Assembly: GCA_050951805.1 (NCBI GenBank)
Contig: JBMNJT010000008.1
Span: forward strand, 480,001-544,000
Direction of reading: 5' to 3'
DNA: 64,000 nucleotides
Source: Bacillota bacterium
GTDB lineage: Bacteria; Bacillota; DTU025
In this document: positions 58,462-64,000 of the stretch, in pieces
Position numbering within the stretch: position 1 is the first letter of the stretch
Layout of the letters: each line of letters starts with the position of its first letter
Position numbers and translations under genes: made by a program
The notes under the pieces: model-generated
The model's input: only the letters and a program-made list of their open reading frames with translations
What the model was told of the DNA's origin: nothing
Databases searched by the model: none

Positions 58462-59463
58462 ATGTGTAGACAGCGGCGATTTGCACTTGGTGTTGTGATG
58501 ATACTGATGGCGGCAGGAATGTCTGGTTGCCTGAAGAGTCAGCGGGCTGAGGCCGGCATTGGAGCTATGTCCGTGCATGCCTCCATAAAATCGGTTCCAT
58601 CGACTGCCTGTCCGCCCAGAGTGATCGCCCTCAGGCTGACCATGGGTGGGTTTGAGATCAGGGAAGAGCTTCCCATTGTGAACCACTCAGCATCAAGCCT
58701 TATCCAGTCTCTTGCGGCCGGCGTGTGGAATATTGATGCGGCTGCTGTGGATGGGGAGGGTGACACGATCTATGAGGGGAAGGCTAAGGCTGAGGTGAGG
58801 CGGGACACTGTTGTTCCACTTAAAATGACCCTGAACCCAGTGCCGGGCAGAGTGAGGTTTGAAGCGTCAGCAGAAGGGTTACCTGACTTCGAGTCCATAG
58901 ATGCCGCGGAGTTCTGGGTGTACCATGCAGGAGGCACGTCAGCCTACCGTTCATACAAGGATGTTCAGCGTTCGGGCGGGCTGTTTACAGTGGAAGACAC
59001 AGGTTACGTTCCTCGATCATATGACATGCGAGTGGTATTTCTCAGGGAAGATGGATCTGCCCTCTACGAAAGCGACTATATAGGCATTGGTGTATGTCCG
59101 GGGAAGAGAACAACAGTCAGTTGGACGCCGGGGTTCGGGAGCCTTGAGGTGGAAATCGGCTTTCAGCCGTATCCAATATCGCCTAAGGATGTTGCCGTTA
59201 GCATAGAGGACACCTCTGCCACGGTTTCGTGGACTCCAGTAGAAGAGAGCATGGTCGACCACTACAGGGTCTACTGGCGTTATTCCACTCAGGAGCGGTA
59301 CATTACGTCCAGATCTGTCGTGGTTGAAGCGCCGGCATCATCGGCTGCAGTGTCGCTCTCTTCGCGTCAACGCGGCTCGGAAGTGAGGTTCGTAGTTGTT
59401 GCGCGAGATGCGCAAGGGCAGGAGAGCCTCCGAAGCGACGAGGCGGTTGCGGAATACAGGTGA
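58462..59463 (+). CDS. Lipoprotein with C-terminal fibronectin type III-like domain
   Basis: Lipobox-like GMSGC after hydrophobic stretch; C-terminal P.DVAV...ATVSW...YRVYW...FVVVARD..GQES pattern. Confidence 0.7.
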   Translation: MCRQRRFALGVVMILMAAGMSGCLKSQRAEAGIGAMSVHASIKSVPSTACPPRVIALRLTMGGFEIREELPIVNHSASSLIQSLAAGVWNIDAAAVDGEGDTIYEGKAKAEVRRDTVVPLKMTLNPVPGRVRFEASAEGLPDFESIDAAEFWVYHAGGTSAYRSYKDVQRSGGLFTVEDTGYVPRSYDMRVVFLREDGSALYESDYIGIGVCPGKRTTVSWTPGFGSLEVEIGFQPYPISPKDVAVSIEDTSATVSWTPVEESMVDHYRVYWRYSTQERYITSRSVVVEAPASSAAVSLSSRQRGSEVRFVVVARDAQGQESLRSDEAVAEYR

Positions 59464-59479
59464 TGGTATCGTTAACAAG

Positions 59480-59500
59480 GCCGCCCGCATGGCGGGCGGC
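59480..59500. terminator. GC-rich hairpin between convergent genes
   Basis: GCCGCCCGC-ATG-GCGGGCGGC perfect 9-bp stem; U-tract weak. Confidence 0.5.
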
Positions 59501-59533
59501 GCACCTATACTCTCGTTTGTTTCTCGAGCTCTT

Positions 59534-60883
59534 TCAGAGTTGCAGTACTGATTTGGCTATGCTGAAGTAGATCAGCAGGCCAAAAGCGTCCACGATCGTG
59601 GTTATCAGCGGCGCCGACATCACTGCCGGATCCACCTTGAGGGTTGTAGCTATTATCGGCAGAAGTGCGCCTATCACGGTGCTCAGAACGACTATTGCTA
59701 GCACCGCCAGGCAAACGATAATGCCAATATCCGATGAGCCTCCAACCCGCCAAGCCCGAAAGAATCCTACGCCAGCCATGACTACCCCGAGGCCGAGTCC
59801 GACGACAAGTTCCCTTGCCATCACAGTCCATACGTCCCGAAGTTTTATGTCCCTTACCGCAAGACCTCGTATGACCACGGTGGATGCCTGAGAGCCTGCA
59901 TTTCCGCCGCAGTCTATCAGAAGCGGTATGAAGAAGGTTAGCTCTATAACGCTTTGCATCGCGTCACTGAACTGCCGCATTATGCCTCCGGTAAAAGACT
60001 CGGCGATGAAGAGTACCAGGAGCCATACGATACGGCTGCCCCAAAGCTCTTTGATGCTCGTCGAAAAATACGGGCGTTCCAGAGGCATTGTTCCTGCGAT
60101 TTTCTGCATGTCTTCTGTGGCCTCTTCCTCGAAAACGTCGAGAATATCGTCGGCTGTAATGATGCCCGTGAGTCTTTGTTCCTTGTCGACGACGGGAAGA
60201 GCCAGAAATCGATACTTCTTGAACAGTTGGGCGACGTCTTCCTGGTCCGCCTCGACTGGCACTGAAAGCACGTTAGTGTTCATGATGGCGTCGATCCTAG
60301 TGGAAAGGTCTGCCACGACCAGGTCCCTAAGGGACAAGACTCCGACCAAATGTTCGTCGTCATCGAGCACGTAAATGTAGTAGACTGTTTCGGCCTCAGG
60401 AGCTACGTGTCGAAGTTCTGCCAATGTCTGCTCCACGGTCCAGTCGGACTGGATGGACACGTATTCTGTGGCCATGATGCCGCCTGAGGAGTGCTCATCA
60501 TATTGAAGCAGTTCCCGCACATCTTGTCCGTGTGAGTTCATGAGATCCAAAAGGGTTTCAGCCTTGGCTTCCGGAAGCTCTGCGATTAGGTCGGCGGCGT
60601 CGTCAGAGTCCATCTCCTTTAGTATCTCAGAGGAACGGGCTGCGCCCATTAGCCTGATCAGCTCTGCTTGATCTGCAGGCTCCAGCTCTTGAACTATGTC
60701 GGCTGCGACATCCGCGGGAATAACGTGGAAGAATGCGCTGCGTTCCGCATCGTCAAGTTCTTCGAGCAGGTCAACTATGTCGGCCGGGTGCAGTGTAGTC
60801 GCGAATTCAATGAGGGCCTCGTCGGTTCCACCTGCCAGCAGAGCCCTCATATGTTCGATGATGTTCTCATAGGTTTCATCCAC
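59534..60883 (-). CDS. mgtE: Magnesium transporter MgtE
   Basis: LHPADI N domain, CBS pair, GGNAGSQ, DPAVMSAPLITTIVD with the pore Asp. Confidence 0.96.
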   Translation of the reverse strand: MDETYENIIEHMRALLAGGTDEALIEFATTLHPADIVDLLEELDDAERSAFFHVIPADVAADIVQELEPADQAELIRLMGAARSSEILKEMDSDDAADLIAELPEAKAETLLDLMNSHGQDVRELLQYDEHSSGGIMATEYVSIQSDWTVEQTLAELRHVAPEAETVYYIYVLDDDEHLVGVLSLRDLVVADLSTRIDAIMNTNVLSVPVEADQEDVAQLFKKYRFLALPVVDKEQRLTGIITADDILDVFEEEATEDMQKIAGTMPLERPYFSTSIKELWGSRIVWLLVLFIAESFTGGIMRQFSDAMQSVIELTFFIPLLIDCGGNAGSQASTVVIRGLAVRDIKLRDVWTVMARELVVGLGLGVVMAGVGFFRAWRVGGSSDIGIIVCLAVLAIVVLSTVIGALLPIIATTLKVDPAVMSAPLITTIVDAFGLLIYFSIAKSVLQL

Positions 60884-60907
60884 AATAACACCCCCTATGT
60901 GGGGCGC

Positions 60908-61024
60908 TCACCAACCTTTGGAAGAGGTGGACGACGCCCCAGATTCGATTGCATGTTGGATGAATGACCGCTGGACAGAGCTGGATTTATTCATGTGCTC
61001 TGTACTGCCGGGGTCTCCGTCCAC
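60908..61024 (-). CDS. Candidate 38-aa leader peptide in the mgtE 5' UTR
   Basis: AAAGGAGG Shine-Dalgarno then GTG: MDGDPGSTEHMNKSSSVQRSFIQHAIESGASSTSSKGW*; stop 24 nt before the mgtE start. Confidence 0.5.
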   Translation of the reverse strand: MDGDPGSTEHMNKSSSVQRSFIQHAIESGASSTSSKGW

Positions 61025-61097
61025 TTATTCTCCCTCCTTTTGGCGATCAACTGGAAACCTGATGACCCAGTGCAACAGCGTGTCAGTTGCCTTGGTA

Positions 61098-61126
61098 ATT
61101 ATACTATTGCTGCAGCAGATTGTCAC
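61098..61126 (-). promoter_or_regulatory. SigA-type promoter of mgtE
   Basis: Minus strand GTGACA, 17-nt spacer, TATAAT; implies a leader of about 210 nt. Confidence 0.75.
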
Positions 61127-61166
61127 TCTTGGCGTTGTCTTGGGCCTCCAATCTCTGCACAAAATC

Positions 61167-61320
61167 GAGGTCCTGCGGGGACGACGTGCGTTTTGCTTAG
61201 CTTCTTTCGCCTAAGTAACTTGCGAGAACATCTTGGTCCATTTGAGCTTGAACTGTGGGCGGTACAAGGCCGATAAACTCGCAGGAACTTATTGTTACGT
61301 GATTGGCTTGGCGGGACTTT
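61167..61320 (+). ncRNA. Candidate structured non-coding RNA (unassigned)
   Basis: Nested helices found by eye (see findings); family not established. Confidence 0.3.
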
Positions 61321-61989
61321 TGGGTGCGATGGAATTAACCCGGGGAAGATATGCAAACACTATCCTGGCTTAGCGGGGCACTAACCCGAAAGGGCCGAAA
61401 ACGGCGCGACTCTACAGGGGCCAAGTCGAGGGCCCGGGCTCTGACTGATCGACCCACATTAGGTCATGGCGCGCCGAGTAATCACACAAAAGCAATTTAG
61501 CGCTTTCAAGCGGCCAAGAAGCTATTCAAATGTAGAGATGGCATGGAAGAATAATCAGAAACTGCTTGGAGTTGGTGGCTAGGGTATATGGTCTCGTGGT
61601 TGAAAACCCACAAGGATGAGCGCGACGGAGCGTTAGATCTGTAAGTTTGAGCACTTTGCAGGGACATGCCTTATAGGGCCACAACTAACTGGGGATATCT
61701 GGTATGTGCTGGGGAGACGCAACGGGCTGTGCAGGAAGAGCAAGCAAGTCACGCAGAGAATATCTGATGACAAGTCTCGACGAGTTCCTGCACGGTCCTC
61801 GGGGCCATTCGCGTGCACTGGGGGTTACTGGGCGCGCCACTTCCGTCGTTTTGTGTACGGTATGAAGAAGTCGCAAATGTCGGCAGATATGATAAAATCA
61901 AGATGTGCACGGCAGTAAGCCGAATGGATGTGGGGCGTGCTCGGTGATTCACAGGGCTGGGCGTTCCCTGCAAGTGTGGGGGTGTACCG

Positions 61990-62943
61990 ATGTCTGATTT
62001 GCGGGAGGCGGCGCTGATTGCGGTCAGGGACTGCATGGGCGCAAGGTCTGGCGAGGATGTGTTGGTGATCATGGACAAGGGTACGCGTACAGTGGGAATG
62101 GCGCTTTTTGAGGCCGCTGTATCCCTTGGGTGCGAAGCTATGGTTGTGGAGATAATACCGCGCAAGATGAACGGTGAGGAGCCTCCCGAGCCGGTAGGCG
62201 AGATGATGAAGCACGTTGATATCGTGCTTGCTCCCACCAGCAAGTCCATTACTCACACAGTGGCCAGGGGAAATGCGTGCAAGGCAGGTGCCAGAGTCGC
62301 TACTTTGCCGGGCATTACCGAGGACTGTATGACTCGTGCGCTCGTGGCTGACTATGATGAGGTGGCCAAGAGGGCTGAAAAATATGCCCGGATATTGACG
62401 GATGGCAAGATAGTTCGTATAACCAATGCTGATGGAACCGATATATCAATGTCGCTGGAAGGCAGAGTTGGGATGGCTGATACCGGCATCTATCGAGACC
62501 CCGGACAATCAGGTAACCTTCCAGCTGGCGAGGCCTTCATCGCTCCGGTTGAGGGAACGGCAAATGGAGTATTCGTGGCGGATGGGGCCATGGCGGGGCC
62601 GGAGTTTGCAGGCACGAAGATCAGAATAACTGTGGCTAATGGGTATGCTACGAGCATTGAAGGCGGAGAGGCTGCCAGGACCATAGAGAAGATGATAAGC
62701 CCGCTGGGGATGCCGGCGCGGAATATTGCGGAACTTGGGATAGGCGTAAATGACCGTGCGAAGATAACAGGCCAGGTTTTGGAGGACGAAAAAGTCATGG
62801 GCACAATCCACATTGCTCTGGGCGACAACTCCAATTTCGGAGGAAATGTGAGAGTCGCAAGCCACCTGGATGGGATAGTTGTGGCGCCCACGGTGGAAGT
62901 GGATGGTGTAGTCATAATGGATTCCGGGAAGTTTACCCACTGA
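61990..62943 (+). CDS. Aminopeptidase, peptidase M29 (thermophilic metalloprotease) family
   Basis: GTDISM, GNLPAGEAFIAP, IAELGIGVN, EDEKVMGTIHIALGDN and SHLDG. Confidence 0.85.
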   Translation: MSDLREAALIAVRDCMGARSGEDVLVIMDKGTRTVGMALFEAAVSLGCEAMVVEIIPRKMNGEEPPEPVGEMMKHVDIVLAPTSKSITHTVARGNACKAGARVATLPGITEDCMTRALVADYDEVAKRAEKYARILTDGKIVRITNADGTDISMSLEGRVGMADTGIYRDPGQSGNLPAGEAFIAPVEGTANGVFVADGAMAGPEFAGTKIRITVANGYATSIEGGEAARTIEKMISPLGMPARNIAELGIGVNDRAKITGQVLEDEKVMGTIHIALGDNSNFGGNVRVASHLDGIVVAPTVEVDGVVIMDSGKFTH

Positions 62944-63001
62944 AGGACTCGAGCGAACACTCTATGCCGCTCGTTTGCCGATGGGCGGAAATGCGGAGGG
63001 G

Positions 63002-63223
63002 ATGCAGGTGAGAAAGGTCATCCATAAGATCCCGAGGCAGATTCGAGTTGCAGGATTCAGTGGCGACAGGAAGCGGCGTCCACCCGATTTTACAGACAGC
63101 GATGTTGTAGATGCGATTCTGACTGAGGTTGAATGGGAGGAGGAAGGATTGCCCGACACGCGGCTGGACGGGTGGTGGTCCGATGCGTGGTCTCAGCCGG
63201 CTGGAAAACCTGAAGACCGTTGA
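63002..63223 (+). CDS. Small hypothetical protein
   Basis: GGAGGGG before ATG 63002; 73 codons, co-directional with neighbours; no recognised domain. Confidence 0.5.
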   Translation: MQVRKVIHKIPRQIRVAGFSGDRKRRPPDFTDSDVVDAILTEVEWEEEGLPDTRLDGWWSDAWSQPAGKPEDR

Positions 63224-63364
63224 CTTGCGGCTTTCCTAATCTTATGGGGAGCCGGAGCATTCAGGATTCTGTGCCAATGGTTGCTCAGGCCCGGATGGAG
63301 CTTTGGCGGAGGCAGCCAAGCTGAGCAAGGCACTAACTGACTCATCGGGCTGATGTGGCAGGAG

Positions 63365-63415
63365 AAGGGGTGGGGACTTCCGCCCTTTTGCGGGTGGGGG
63401 TTCCCGCCTATTCGC
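63365..63415 (+). other. Tandem GC-rich hairpins upstream of dnaE
   Basis: AAGGGGTGG...CCGCCCTTTT followed by GCGGGTGGG-GGTT-CCCGCCTATTCGC and a T run; terminator-like. Confidence 0.4.
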
Positions 63416-63441
63416 ATGTTTTTTGGCTAGGGGGTGGTTGT

Positions 63442-64000
63442 GTGGGGGAGTTCGTTCATCTTCATCTTCATACTCAGTACTCCCTCCTGTGATTGGATGG
63501 TGCTTGTAGACCGGACGAACTTGCCAGCAGGATTTCGGAGTTGGGAATGGATTCATGTGCAATAACTGATCATGGATGCCTGTACGGGCTCGTGGATTTC
63601 TATCGGGCTTGTAATCAGCAAGGGGTGAAGCCGATTCTTGGCTGTGAGGTCTATGTGGCCAATCGCACCTTGCATGACAGAACCCCGCATATAGATGACA
63701 ATCCTTATCATCTGGTGCTCCTGGCAGAGAACGATGTGGGCTACTCAAACTTGCTGAAGCTGTCTTCCCTCGGATACACCGAAGGCTTCTACTACAAGCC
63801 ACGGGTGGATAAGAAAGCCCTGGCTGAGCATTCAGAAGGCCTGATTGCCCTTTCAGCTTGTCTGTCGGGCGAAGTCCCGTCATACGTGGCGCAAGGGAGG
63901 ATTGATGAAGCAGAGGCGGTTGCAAGGCAGTATCTAGAGATATTCGGGCGCGATTCATTCTTCCTGGAGATCCAGTCTAATGGGATGCGCGTTCAGGATT
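63442..64000 (+). CDS. dnaE: DNA polymerase III alpha subunit, N-terminal PHP domain (runs off window; in-frame TGA at 63490-63492)
   Basis: Manual translation MGEFVHLHLHTQYSLL*LDGACRPDEL...AITDHG.LYG...GVKPILGCEVYVA...HLVLLAENDVGYSNLLKLSS...GFYYKPRVD...LSACLSGEV; absent from the ORF track. Confidence 0.9.

Noticed and set aside
60884-61330. M-box (ykoK) riboswitch upstream of mgtE
   Set aside because: The conserved AGGTGAGGCT and GCTAAAGCTC segments were not found on the minus strand between promoter and gene.
61760-61790. Hammerhead ribozyme suggested by CTGATGA
   Set aside because: No GAAA core or three-stem arrangement follows.
63490-63540. Selenocysteine recoding of the dnaE TGA
   Set aside because: The codon lies in an insertion with no homologous Cys and no convincing SECIS hairpin follows.
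63242-63958. 238-aa minus-strand ORF
   Set aside because: Antisense to the dnaE PHP domain; no motifs.
1-64000. CRISPR array, cas genes, prophage or rRNA
   Set aside because: No regularly spaced repeats, cas or phage motifs, or rRNA-like sequence were seen.

Overview
A GC-rich Bacillota (Firmicutes) chromosome segment. It probably comes from an anaerobic, spore-forming lineage that may be diderm; both traits are inferred. Bases 1-12.4 kb hold the distal spc/alpha ribosomal superoperon (rplF to rplQ, with secY, adk, map, infA, rpoA), then ecfA1A2T, truA and rplM-rpsI. Next come a secreted phosphodiester glycosidase, crt-hbd, an amidohydrolase, a heavily eroded ABC-2 exporter operon, an AlaX-type editing protein and yigZ. 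These are followed by a LexA-box-preceded cassette (inactive Y-family polymerase, small protein, second DnaE), a BMP nucleoside ABC transporter, lemA-TPM, and spoVFA paired with a Cys-rich flavoprotein rather than spoVFB. After a nucleotidyltransferase-phosphomutase fusion, a long co-directional cluster runs folE2, ABC-F, tldD, tldE, aminotransferase, nucleoside phosphorylase, ahcY (frameshifted) and a deaminase; its active-site signatures point to deamination-first (inosine) salvage of SAM by-products. An IS1202-like element with a perfect 16-bp target duplication abuts the promoter of a tRNA-Gln/tRNA-Glu pair. The window ends with a GGDEF-EAL protein, a lipoprotein, mgtE behind a candidate leader-peptide attenuator, a structure-rich 850-bp intergenic region, an M29 aminopeptidase, and the start of the main dnaE, which carries an in-frame TGA in a 6-nt insertion. 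No CRISPR array, rRNA or prophage was seen. All calls are by eye; no searches were run.
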